Below, piece by piece: positions 47,321 to 60,000 of a stretch of 64,000 nucleotides of DNA. The stretch is from Eggerthellaceae bacterium (lineage in GTDB: Bacteria > Actinomycetota > Coriobacteriia > Coriobacteriales > Eggerthellaceae): contig JAAVZC010000014.1 of the NCBI GenBank assembly GCA_022791455.1, positions 209,119 to 273,118 of the forward strand, read 5' to 3'. The notes beneath the pieces were generated by a model. The model worked only from the letters and a program-made list of their open reading frames with translations, was not told the DNA's origin and searched no databases. The stretch's first letter is position 1, and each line of letters opens with the position of its first letter. The translations under genes and the position numbers were made by a program.

Positions 47321-47608
47321 GAGAGCTTCGGGGGGCCGGATGGGGGTTGCGGGGATCGGGATGGCGGCTTCGTCCACGGCTGGTGATGGATGAGGCGGGT
47401 TTTCTGGTTCTGGCGGGAGGCTTCGCGAGGATTAGGGGTGCGGGGTGCGGGATGTGAGGTGTGAAACGTGGGACGTGAGGTGCGGGGCATGAGGTGTGCG
47501 TGCGCTGCCAGGTGGTTGCGGGGGGCGGGACGTGAGGTGCGGGATGGTCACGAAGAGGCCCTGGGGGCGAGATGGCGGATGGTGGATGGAGGAAGATGGT
47601 GAGGTGGG

Positions 47609-47647
47609 AAAGGGGGAGCCCCGCCGGGGTAAGCGGGGCTCCCTTTT
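47609..47647. terminator. Terminator-like hairpin downstream of the giant protein gene
   Basis: AAAGGGGGAGCCCCGC...GCGGGGCTCCCTTTT. Confidence 0.65.
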
Positions 47648-47911
47648 GGGCCGTGGGGTAGACGGCCCGTTTAGCAGCGGAGCTGGGGTCGGCAACTCCG
47701 TGCTGCGGAAATGGTTCGTTCGTCACCGTAGCGGCCGCGACAGCCGGACGGTGGAGCGAGGTTAAGCCCAAGGAGGGCTGAGATCCACTCGGTTTCGCAG
47801 AAACCGAGTGGATCTCAGACCGACGACGCGTCGAGCGGAATCGTTCGGGTGTCGTGGTCGCGGGCAGGTCGGAGCGGGGTTCGGGGCTGTTGCCCTTCGG
47901 CCGTCCGACGC

Positions 47912-47955
47912 GGGATCTCTCCACTGCGGCGCTTCGCGCCTCCGGTCGAGATGAC
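47912..47955. repeat. Variant family B REP
   Basis: GGGATCTCTCCACTGCGGCGCTTCGCGCCTCCGGTCGAGATGAC. Confidence 0.7.
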
Positions 47956-48004
47956 GTAGGAGGGTGGAAGCTTCGCGGCTCCGGGAGATGACGTGGGTAC
48001 GGGC

Positions 48005-51000
48005 TTACGCATCGCCTCCTTTGGGGTTGTTGAGATCCTTCGACTGCGCGGCTTCGCCGCTCCGCTCAGGATGACAATCGGGGGTTGGCTCCGTCAGGCC
48101 GTTCGCCTCGGGGCCGGAGGTTCCGAGGACCGGGGATCCGGCCGTGGGGGTCGGATCCTCTGGGGTGGTCGTCGGGTTGGCTGAGGCATCAGGGGCTTCA
48201 GAGCCCTCCGGGTGCTCGGGGCCGGTGGGGCTTGCGCCTTCCGGGGCTTCGGGAATCCCGAGGACCGGGGATCCGGCCGTGGGGGTCGGATCCTCCGGGC
48301 CCTCCGGGGTCTCGGGGTTGTTGCCTTCCGGGTCCTCGGGGTCGTCTTCTTCGTCTTCCTTGCGTTTGCGCCAGGCTAGGATTAGGAGGAGCAGGGCCAG
48401 CAGGAGGGCTGCCGCCAGGGCTGCCAGCAGCCAGATGTTGTCGCCCAGTTTCGGGAACAGCTTCTTCAGCGGCGGGATCTTGCCCAGGTCGGCGCCGGTG
48501 ACGCCCAGGTCGACCGCGCGGCCAACCTCGGGAGTCCAGTCGTAGGCCTCCAGCAGGTTGAACATCTGGCCGTAGGCGTTGGGCGTGGTGCGCACCGTAG
48601 TGAACGCGCCCAGCACCGCCATCGGGCAGGTGATACCCACCGAGCTGGAGCCCACCATGTTCATCCAGTCGGAGTCGTTGTTGTCGTTGTTGCCACGGTT
48701 GATGGCCACGAACTGCGACTCGGCCGGCTTGTTGGCGCGCACCCGGTAGATGTAAGGCTGGTTGTTGCCGTCCACCATGGGCAGGCCCTCGAAGCGGTAG
48801 CTGCCGTCGGTGCCGGTGACCTGCTGGGCCACCTGGGTCCAACCGCTGTTGTTCACGATGCCGTTGGCGGTGATGTCCTTCAGGGCCGTGGCCACGTAGC
48901 TGGCGGCGTTGAAGCCAACCGGCAGCTGGTCGGGCATCGGGATCACCATGCGATCCAGGTACACCGTCTGAGCCGGGATGGGCTCGAACGTCGTACCCTT
49001 CAGGCCATCGTTCTCCGGGTCGTTGAACATGATGCCCGCGATGGTAGCGGTGGCGTAAGGCACCAGACCGGTGTCGTTGAAGTCGTCGTCATGACCCAGG
49101 CCGATCATCCAGATGGTGCCGTTCGGGCCCTTCGGGTTGGTCGCGTCGTACGGGTTATCGCCGTCGTAACGCTCGGCCAGGATGATCATGCCATCGTACG
49201 GGTCGGCCGGCTCCAGAATCTTGTTGTTCTCGTTCAGGTCGGAGTCCACCTCGCCGTCGGCACCGCGGTTCAGGTAGGTCACACCGTAGCCGCCGGGCAG
49301 GCTGTCAACCTTGGCACGGTAGCCGTAGACGGTGGCGCCGTTGGTGCCGGTGCCAGCCACCTCCAGCTCCACAAACTCCCAGTAGCCGTTGCCGTCGGAG
49401 ACGGTATGGGCACGGGCGGAATTGTTGAACTTGTCGTCGGCCACCCAGCCCATGGAGCCGTCGGCCTTGGCGGTCCACATGTAGCGCTCCAGCGTCACGG
49501 GGATGTTGGCGAAGCGCTGGCCCTCGGAGCCGTCGCGCACACCGTTGTAGTTGGTGTCCTGCCACACGATGCCGCTGATGCGCTGGCGAGCCACCGGCAC
49601 CAGACCGAAGTCGTGGTTCACGGAGTCGCGCCACTTGATGTCGGACCACTTGTTGGTGGTCTCGCGGTTCAGCTCGGCCATGCGGGCCTTGTACGCGTTG
49701 TACAGCTCTTCGAAGCCGTTGCCCAAATGCACCAGGTACTCTTCACCGTTCTCGTCCACCTTGGTGTCCTGAACGCCGTCGCCGTTCTCGTCAACCGGAT
49801 CGCCGAAGATCACCAGGCGGTAATCCTCGTCCATGTTCTCCAGCTGAGCCTTGGTGGCCGAAGCAATCCACTCAACACCAGCAGCCACCGCGGCATCCAC
49901 GGCCGCCTGGTCGGTGGCCACGTCGCCCGGCTGACCCCAAATGCTCAGCAGCTTCTCGGTCATGCGGGCCTTCGCCTCTTCCGCCGTCTCGTTCGGATCG
50001 GGGAAGGTGACGCGTGCGCCAGCAGCCGGAGCCATCGCGGAGCGCATGGCGAACAGCTGCACCGTTTCCGGCGTATCCACCACCGGCACGGTCCACTGAG
50101 CGTACAGGGTGAGCTCGGTGAAGTTCACCAGCAGGCTCTCCCCTGCCGCGTAGGCGGTGCCGTTACCGTCGGCCTGGGTGTTCCAGCCGGTGAACACGTG
50201 GTCGGCCAGGGTGTAGTCGCAAGCGGGCAGCTCCATGGTGTCGCCGAACTTCACGGTCAGCGGCGCCATGTCGCCCTCGACGCTACCGAACAGGTCCACA
50301 TTGCCGTCCAGCGTCACCTCGACGTCGGTGCCCACCAGCGCCGGATCCAGCTGCCACTGAGCGTACAGCGTCTCCACCGCGCCGGTCAGCGGCACCTCGG
50401 CACCCATCGCAAAGGCAGTGCCGGAGCCGTCAGCCGCGCTGTTCCAGCCGGTGAACACGTAGCCGGGACGGGTGAAGTCGCAGGCAGGCACGGCCACGGT
50501 CTCGCCCATGAGGCCGCTCACCGCGTCCATCTTGTCAGCGCAACCGGGGAAGTTGCCGTCGAAGGTGACGGTCACCACGCCCTCGTCGTTGATGTCGGCG
50601 AACTTGGCGTTCGGGCCGGAGGTGAAGGAGCGCTCGGTATCGTCCGCCAGGCGGGTAACCACAATCAGGTCGCCCACTTCAAGGTCGGTCAGCGTCTCGT
50701 CCACGGTGGCCTGATCGCTCAGCAGCGACGCCTGCTTCTTGTCCGCCACGTTCGGGCGCAGGGCCTGCGTCTCGTAATCGTAGTCGGAGTTGATGGCGTC
50801 GGTACCCTCGATGTACTCATCGTAGGAGTTCACGTCGCCCTCAACGTTGGTCATATTCACGCCCACGTGCTGCACGGTGTGCAGGTAGTCGTCGGCGTTC
50901 GGGTAGCTGATGATGCGCGCACGGTAACCGTAGAGCACCTTGAACTCCACGTTCGAGCCCACCTTGTGGTAGCCCGTGCCGGGAGCCAGGAACGCCCAGT

Positions 51001-54000
51001 CGCCGCTGCTGACGGTTTCGTCGAAGGCAGCGCCCGGAATGTAGGCGGCGCCGGTCTGATCGAAGAAGATCTCGTCGCGCTCGTCGCCGTCCTCGCCCAC
51101 CAGGTTGATGGCGTCCTCGTCGCTCAGGCGGCCGGTCAGGCTGTCGGCAGAGACCTCGTTGCCCTCCACCATCACCACGGCGTCGTTCTGGCTGAAGGTC
51201 CAGTCGCGGCGCCACACGCCCTTCTGGTCCTCGCCCACCAGGTCGTCCATGTTGTCGTCGCTCACGGCGAAGATGGCGGTCTGCAGCGCGCGGGCCAGCG
51301 TCTCGTCCGGATCGACGAATTCGAAGGAACCGGTCTCGTTGTTCCACTTCCAGTAGCCGTCGACGAAGTTCTTGTAAACACGCTCGAAGGTGACCAGCTT
51401 GTTCAGGGCGGAAGCCTTGAAGGCCTTCTCGTCCTCGGTCAGGGCCACACCGTCGACGATCTTCTGGTTGATTTCCAGCACGCGGTCGGAAATGTCGCTC
51501 ATCCAGGCCACCATGTCGGCCACCTGAGCCACATCCAGCTCCTCGGGCAGCAGCAGCTCTTCGCCCTCGGCAGCCGGGTAGTCCACGCCGCTCAGCGCGT
51601 AGATCTCGGCAATCTGCTCCTCGGTCAGCGAAGTGTTGTCCGGAGTCACGTCCGGCGTCTCCTCTCCCGGCTGCGGCTCCAGCGAGCCCAGGCCAGAGGT
51701 GTCGTACCAGTAGCGCTCCAGCTTCACCACCGCGCCCGGGATGCCCACTTCGTTCTCGGCATCCTGCAGGCCATCGGCGTTGGCGTCTTCCCACACCTTG
51801 CCGGCGATGAGCACCGGGTTCTGCAGCACCAGACCAGCGTCGCCCGCCAGCTTCTCGTACAGGCGATTGGCCAGGTCGTAGCGCACGCCGCGGTAGATGA
51901 TCTCGTAGCGGTCGGTGCCGAAGTCGATGTCGGACTCCTTCTTGGACTCCTGCGCCACAACGGCGAAGGCTTCCTCTTGCGAGCCGTCCACGTTGTAGTC
52001 GCCGTTCAGGCTGGCGTTGAACTCCGTGATGTCGGAGGTACGCTCGCCCGGAGCATCCACGTGGTACTTGGACACCATGTACTGGGCGGTCTCCGGGTCG
52101 TCGTTGATGACGCGCACCGAGTAGCCCACCAGGTACGGCGTGGCGGTATCGTAGCGGTCGAAGCCGGCCGGCGCCTCGTAGTAGAGCACATTGCCGTCCG
52201 GGCCCTTCACGGCCACGGCGCCCTTCTGGTAGCGGTCAAGGCGGTTCCACTCGCTCTGCGGCTGGTACACCTTGCCGTCCAGCACGGCGTTGTTGGTAAT
52301 CTCGTCGGGCTCCACGTCGTCGTCCACCGCCACGTAGGCCGGCAGGTCGTAGAAGCGGTACTCACCCTTCTCCTGGGTGAGGGTGACGAGTTCCCAGTCC
52401 TCGGTCTTGGCGGGAGCGGTGGTGGCGTCGTCGGCGTAAGTGGCGATGCCGTTCGCGGCTGCGGCGGTGTTGGCGCCTTCGGCGACACGGGATTTCTCCA
52501 CTGCGCTCACTTCGTTCGCTTCGGTCGAAATGACGTTAGCGGCCATCAGGCGGGAGGCGAAGGTGCGCAGCGCCGCGAAAGTGGTGGCTTCGTCGGCTTC
52601 CCACATGGCGTACAGGATGCCCTTGGCGGCGTCTTCGGAAAGGGTGAAGCTCTCGCCCGGCTGGTACAGGGTACCGGTGCCGTCGGAGGCGGTATTCCAA
52701 CCAATGAAGTGGAAGCCAGCCGCCGCGAAGCCGCAGTCGGGCAGCGTCACGGAGGCGCCGTTGGTGCCGTCGATAGCAGCGGTAGCACCGGTCACCACAA
52801 TCGGATCGCCGTTCTCATCCACCGCCGGGTTGCCGTCAGCGCCCACCAGGCCCGCGGCGTTGCCGTCGAAGGCCACGGAAGCGGAGCGGTACTCGCCGCC
52901 GTTGCCGTTGAAGTTCTTGTTCAGCACCCAGGTGCCGGAAGCGAACAGTTTGCGCGCACCGGAATCCACCAGGTCTTGGTAGTTGTAGGCACGGCCGGAA
53001 CGCACCAGGTACACGGTGCGAGCGCCGTCCACGCCCTGACCCTGGATGACGTTAGCGCCCTTGTTCTCCTGCAGGTGCAGGTAGCTCTTGCCGCCCACGG
53101 TGTCGGAGGCGTAGTAGAACAGGTTGCCGTCCTCGTCCTCGAACAGCTGGTAACCGGCGTCGTTGTAGGTGGGCACGAAGTAGTACTGGCTGAGGGCCAC
53201 CTTGAAGCCGGCCAGGCCGTTCTCCTCGTCGTAGATGCCGGTGTAGCCCTTGTCGAACCAAACCGCGCCGTAGAGGTTGGTGTGGTCCGGCGGAGCATAG
53301 CCAGCGTTCATAGCCGACTGATCCTGGCCAATGCCGAAGTCGAAGGCGTAATTCACATTGTTCACCGCGCCGGCGGTGCCGGTGTTGCGGGTGCCGCTCA
53401 CACGCTGGTTGGGAGCGGTGTCGGCCGAAGCCATGCCGGCCAGCACCAGCTTGCCGTCCAGGGCGTTCTTGGAGATGCCGTTCAGGCGAACCACGCCGCC
53501 CTCGACGCGCTGAGCGATCTGAGCGTCATTGCCCCAAATGCTCACACCGTCGGTCTCCAGGCCCGCATTCGGGTTGGCGGCAGCGCCGTTATGGGTGATG
53601 GACGTGGTCTTGCCGTCGGCGCCAACCACGGTCTCCACCCAGTCGGTGTGATGCTTGCCCGAACCGGTCTGCACCGTGGACTCGTCCAGCAGCACCGGGT
53701 AGTTGCCGGTGTTGTAGCCCAGCCACTCGGCTTCGCCCTCTTCGTTCTCGGTCAGCATGGGCTGAACGTCGGAGTTAATGGCGTCGGCCGGAGTGGTCTG
53801 CCACTCGTAGCTGGTCACCAGCAGCGAGAACATGCCGTTCTCGGCGTTGGAGCCGTCCACCTCCAGGGTGTAGCCCATCAGGTACCAGGTGCGGTTGCCG
53901 TCGGCGTCCTCCAGGAAGCCCGCGGTGGGCAGGCCGCTGAACTGGAAGTAGCCATCCACATCGGTGGACTCGGTGGCGTACTGGAGCGCGCCCTCTTCGT

Positions 54001-57000
54001 CCACGTCGGCGGTGCCGGTAGCGGTGGTGAGCGCCTTGCGGTAGCTCACTTCAGAGCCGGTAATGTTCTTGTAGGTATCGGTCTTGGTCTCCACGCGGCC
54101 GGCGATGGGGGCGGAAGTCTCCACGGAAGATCCGTTGTAGAAGGAGAGCTTCGGCGTAGCGGCGTTGCTGGCGTCCAGCATCACCCACGCGCCCTTGGCG
54201 GCGGCCACGTCGGCAGCGGCCGGCTTGGCAGCGACAACCGTGCCGTCGGAGAGCACCCAGTGAGCAGTGGCCCCTGCCGGGATGATGGCATCCCAACCGG
54301 TACCGCTGTTCGGCACGTAGAACCACTTCTGCAGGTAGACGGACTTCTTGTTGTAGCCCTTCTCCACGTAGCTCACGGTCTCGTCGGTGGCGGTGTCGGT
54401 GCGGGTCTCGGGGATGTAGTTGTACAGACCGTCGTAGTCGGCATCCTCGTACAGGAAGCCGGAAATCTTGTAGGTGGGAACGGGGATCACGCCACCGTCG
54501 TTGTGGTCGCGATCGAAGCCGCTCATGAGGTCGTACACCACCAGGTTGCCGCGGGTCATGGGCTCGCGATCGCCCAGCACGTTGGCCACGTCGGCGTTGT
54601 TGGAAGCCGGCGCGGCAATCATGTTGGAAGCCTGCGTGGTCTGGCCGTCAGCGGTCTGGCCGTTCACGTCCACCTGATCCAGCAGCACGATGTACTCGTT
54701 GCCGTCCACGGCGTAGTTGGTGCCGAAGAGGTCGGAGTCCTGCGTGTAGGCAACGTCGTCGCCTTCCTCGTTCACCGTCACACGGCACTTGGCCTTCAGC
54801 ACCTGGCCACGGGTGACGCGCGGATCGGTCACCTTCACCTTGTAGCCGTAGACCACCCACTGCTCGGTGCCGCCCACGGTGACCACGCCGGAAGTCTCCA
54901 GCTTGTCGAACTCGTAGGTGCCGGAGCGATAGAGGTCGGTGCCCTGGATGTACTCGCCCAGCGCGCCCGCAATGAGGGCGTCGCCGCCGGCGAACTCGTC
55001 CATCAGCACGTTGCCGGTGCGGACGGTGCGACCGAAGTCGTTGTCCTTCACCCAGGCGCCGGAGCCGTTCACGCTGTAGTAGCGCTCCAGGCTCACCTGG
55101 TAGCCGTTCAGAGCGTCTTCGAAGTTGCCCGAGCCGTCTTCCTTCTTGTCCTGAATACCGTTGTTGTTCTCGTCGTGCCAGATGACGCCGGTGATGCGCT
55201 TCAGCTCCGGCTTCACCACGCCGGCGTTGCCGCCCGCCACGGTGGTGGTGCCAGGCAGGTTCTCGCCCGCCTCAGTCACCTTCACGGTGTGGGTGTCAAC
55301 CGTCAGCCAGTCGTAGTTGGTGGTGCCGGCGAAGTCGGTGCCCGTCTCTTCGTCACGCACCAGCTGATCCAGCGGCAGCTTGATGTAGTTGCCGGCGAAC
55401 AGCAGGTGGGTCTTGTCGGTCGCCTCGGAAGCCAGCACGATGCGACCGCCGTCGTTGGCGGTAGCGTCGCCCTTCGCCACGCGGGTGCCGGTGGCGGTGT
55501 CGGACGCGCCGCCCTCCACGCCGGTCACGGTGTGAATGTCGGTGATGGCCATGCCGCGGTCGGTGATGCCGGCAGCGGTGGAGCCCACGCCGTTGCGCAC
55601 GGTGGAAGCCAGGTCGGAGTCCACCGGCAGCTGCGAAGCATCGGCAGCGTTGTGGTAACGGGTGGCCAGGAAGGCACCGTTGTTGTAATCGTTGCTCAGG
55701 CCCGCAATCTCCAGCTGGTAGGACAGCAGATAGTAGTCGTCGCCGTAGAGGTTCGGCAGCGCCACCGTGGAAGAGGGACGCTTGTTGTTGTCCACGTCGA
55801 ACGGAGTGGTCCACAGCACCAGCTGGCCGGGAGCGCCGATGCGTCCAGCCGCAGTTTCCTGAATCTCGGTTCCCGGAACATCCGCCTGCACCTCGACCGC
55901 CGCGGTGGGCAGCTTGTCGAAGATGTAGTTGCCGTTGTCGTCCATCTTCACGGAGCCGTCGGCCGCGGCAGTGGCCACCGCGTCGCCCTCGGCCACCGTA
56001 TCGTTCACAGCGGTATGCCAATCCCTGTCGTCCGGCATGTTCGGATCGGTGCTCTCGGTCCAGGTCCAATCGGTCACGCCGTACTCGTCGCTCAACACGC
56101 GGTTGCCGGTGACGGTGGAGCGGAAGCCCTCGCGAGAGGTGCCCGCGTTGTCCTCCACAATGCGCTGCCACACGTCCGGAGTATCCGGATCGTTATCGTC
56201 GTCCACCCAGCCCCAGGTCACGTGACCGGCGGTATCGCCGAAGTCATCGTTGCGGTTCCAGGTGCCAGCGCTCTTGTCAGTGCTGTTGGTGGACTTGTTG
56301 TACTGCCACTGGCTCAGCAGCATGGTGCGACCGCTCAGGCCCGGCTCGGAGTGAACGTTGCCGTCCGCATCGGTCCAGGTTTCGCGCACGCCGTTGTAGG
56401 AGCGGCTCTTCGCGGCCACGTCGGCCACCGGGTCGTCCTCGGCCACGTAGCTGTCGTCCCACACCATGCCGGTGAGGGTGGTCTCGGGAATGTACACCAG
56501 GCCAGCGTCGCCGCCCTCGGCCTCCACCACGTTGGAGGAGATGTCGTACTTGACGCCCTTGTACTCCACGATGTACTTCTCGTCGACGCCCTCCACCTGC
56601 TGGCGCACCGCGGTCAGGATCATGCCGTCGTCGCGCACCTGCGGCTGGGTGCCCTCATGGGCGCCGCCGGTGTACTCCAGCTGGCGGTTCACCAGGGCCA
56701 GATGCTGGTCCGGGCTGTAGCCGGCGCCATCGGCACCGTTGGTGGTGCGGTACACGTCGGACTCGGAAGTAATAGTGTTCTTCTCGGCGTTCTCCGCGTC
56801 GTTCAGGTCGTAGGTGCCCATGTGCGGACGCGTGAGGCTGGCGCCCTCGGGCAGCTGGCGAATCTCAATCTTGTAACCGGCCAGGCGCTCTTCCACCAGC
56901 TCGTCGGCGCTCAGCTCGCCGTCGCCGCCGTTGGAGGTGTCGGCCACGCCCAGCACCTCGCCCGCCGTGCCGTCGGCGTTCTTGGCGAAGCGCAGCGACA

Positions 57001-60000
57001 CCTTGGTAGGCATCTTCTCGGTCACGTAATGGCCGTACTTGTCGGTGACCACCGTCAGGTCGTCGCCCTCCAACTTGTACCAGCCGCCCTTGCCGCCGTC
57101 AGCGGTGGGGCTGTAGAAGTAGCGGCTCACCGCCAGCACCACGCCCTCGATGCCGCGCTCGCCGGAAGTCAGCGTCACGGTACCGTCTTCGTCGTTCTCG
57201 ACGTACTCACCGGGCTGGCGAATGCCGTCGTAGTTGGCGTCGTCCCACACCCAACCGGCGATGGGCGCACTCGGCGGCTCGATGAAGCCGGCGTTCATGC
57301 GCTTCTCGCTCTTGGCGAAGGTGAGGTCGAAGGTGGCGCCCGCGTTGTTCGCCAGCGGCGCCGTGGCCTGCGAAACGCCCGCAGAGTACTGAGTCGGGTT
57401 CAGCGCGGCCTTGGTGCCGGCAAGCTTCTCGGCGTCGGTGTCGGTGGAACCGGCCAGCACCAGCAGCGAGTCCATGGTGTGGATGTTGCCGTCGTTGGAA
57501 TCGGTGGTGCTGCGGCGCACGGGGAAGACCTCGGTGCCGTAGCGGGCGGTGGAATCCACCACGCCGGTCACGCCGGAGCGCACCATGGAGCGAGCCTTGG
57601 AGTTCCACTCGTCGGTGATGTCAACCTCGGGGTAGTTGGCGTTCTTGTAGTTGTGGCCCTCGATGGTCACGTCCTTATTAAAGATGTTGTAGTCGCCGGT
57701 GTGATCCACTTCAGCGTAGGTGTCCATCAGCGTCCAGTTGCCCAGGACGGAGACGGTGTAGCCGGCCAGGTACTCTTCGCCGTTCACAATCACGCGCACG
57801 GGCAGGTTGGTGAACTCGTAGTAGCCGTCCTTGGTGCCCTTGGCGGTGTTGGCGCCCGTGGTGATGGTGCGCTGGAAGTAGAAGTGCGCCTCATCGGTGC
57901 GGTCGGAGCTGTAGCCGCCATTGACGCTGGGGCTGCTCACCCACGCGCCGCGCGCGTCGTTGATGACCGCCGTGGTCATGGCGGCGCGGTCGCTCATGGT
58001 GGTGCCATCGGCGCGCACCAGCATCAGGCTGGCGTCGGCCGGCACCGCGTTGAACCAGCCGGTGCCGTTGTTGGGCACGTAGTACCACTGACGCAGGTAC
58101 ACGGTCTTGGCGTTGGCGGCGGTGGAGCCGTCGTTGTAGTAGCCCTGTTCGGCCGCTTCCAGTTCCACATCCGCCTGGGTGTAGGGGTTGAAGAACGGGT
58201 CGTTGCCGGTGGTGGCGGTGAAGCTGTAAGTGCCGTCGCGGTAGTTGTTGTCGCACCAGACGTAACCGGCGATGGCGGCGTAGGCGGGAGCAATCTCGCC
58301 CACGTCACCGGCCTCGGCGTACGTCAGCGGCGCGGTCCAGCGATACGTAGCGGCACCGGTGGTGTCCATGGCGTCGCCGGCGTTCACGTCCAGCTTCGCC
58401 AGCGGGTTGGAAACAGCGGCCGCCTCGTCCGCCGTGAGGGCGGTAGAGGGAATGACCAGACCGTCGTTGCCGCGCAGGGCGGTGGTGCCGTTCTCGGTGT
58501 AGCGCTTCAGGATGCGGTAGTCGCCCGCCATGGTGGCAGCGGCGTCGTCCAGATCCAGCACGTTGGCGTCGGACTCTTCCTGAGTCTGGCCGTCGGCATC
58601 CGGCGCGTACTGGTACAGCGAGGTGAGGTGCCACGGGTCGTTCTTGGCGCGGCTGGTGTCGTTGGTCTCGGCCAGTTCCACCTTGTAGCCAGCCAGGAAG
58701 TACACGTCCATGCCGTTCTCGTCGGTGCGAGCCACCGCGGTGGGCAGGTTATCGAAGATGTAGCGGCCCTTCTCGGGGGTGTTCACCTGGTAGCTGAGCG
58801 GCGAGCCGGTGGGCACATTGGCCTGGGCCTTGTCCGCCATCTCCTGGCCGGCGGCGGCGCTGTTGGCCACGCCGGTCACGTCACCGGTGAAGGTCTCGTA
58901 GACGATGGTCTTGTTGCCGTCGTAGGTCTTGGTGGCCACCACGGACTTGTTGCCGGCCTTGTCGGCCTGCGAAACGCCACCGGTCACCACCGGCTTGCGC
59001 ACCGTTGCGGAAGCGTTCGGATCGGTCGGGTCGATGGCGGTAGCCGGCACCTCGTAGGTGGTCAGCCATTCGCTGCCGAAGCCAGTGGACTGGTACCACT
59101 CGCCCGCCTTCACCACGGTGCCGTCAGCCAGCGTGGCGTCCTTGTCGGCATAGAACCACTGGGTGATGAGGACGGTCTGGTTGGCCAGGCCCTCTTCGCC
59201 TTCGTCGCGCTTGCCGTCGGCAGCGGTGTTCTCGGCCTTCTCGGTGTCGTCCCACACCACGCCAGTCACCACCGAGGTGGGAATCTTGTAGATGCCGGTG
59301 TTCACCTGGCGACGGACCGGCACCTGGTGAGCCAGGTCGTAGTCCACGCCGCCGAAGTTGGCGAAGTACGGCGTAGCGTCCTCGTCCACCGCGTTCGGGT
59401 TGGCCACAGCGCTAGCAGTGGCGCCCGCGAAGTCAGCTACGGCGGACCCGGAGTTGGCCACCAGGATGAAGCCGGTGCCCTCGGCGTAGCCGCCGTCCTT
59501 CTGCACCAGCGGGTTCTCGGCGGTGAACTGCGGATAGCTGGTCACGGTGCCGTCGCCCTTGGCATCCAGGCGCAGCAGGTCGCGCTTGGCGTCGGAGTCG
59601 TTCTCGGTGTTGTTGTTCGGGTCGTTCACATGGTAGGCGGTCAGCACGTGCTTGTCCGGCAGATTCGGCACGGTCACACGGTAGGCCGCCGGGGCCAGGA
59701 AGTCGTCGGTGGCGTTGGCGATGCCCAGCAGGGTCTCCTGGCTGGCAGCCAGCGGAGCGCCCAGGGCGCCGTCGGCGTCAGCTTCGAAGGCCACGTACGG
59801 CATCAGCTCGTCAAACTGGTAGTTCCACGCCTGGGCATTGGGAACGGTGGAGTTCAGGTTCGGGTCGAACACCTGCGGCATGATGGTCTTGGTGACCTTC
59901 TTGCCGGCGTAGCCCTCGAACACGCCGCTTTCGTCGTCCTCGGTATCCGGGTCGTCGGTGCTGTAAACCTTGTCGCCGAAGTTGGCGTTTCGGATCCAAG

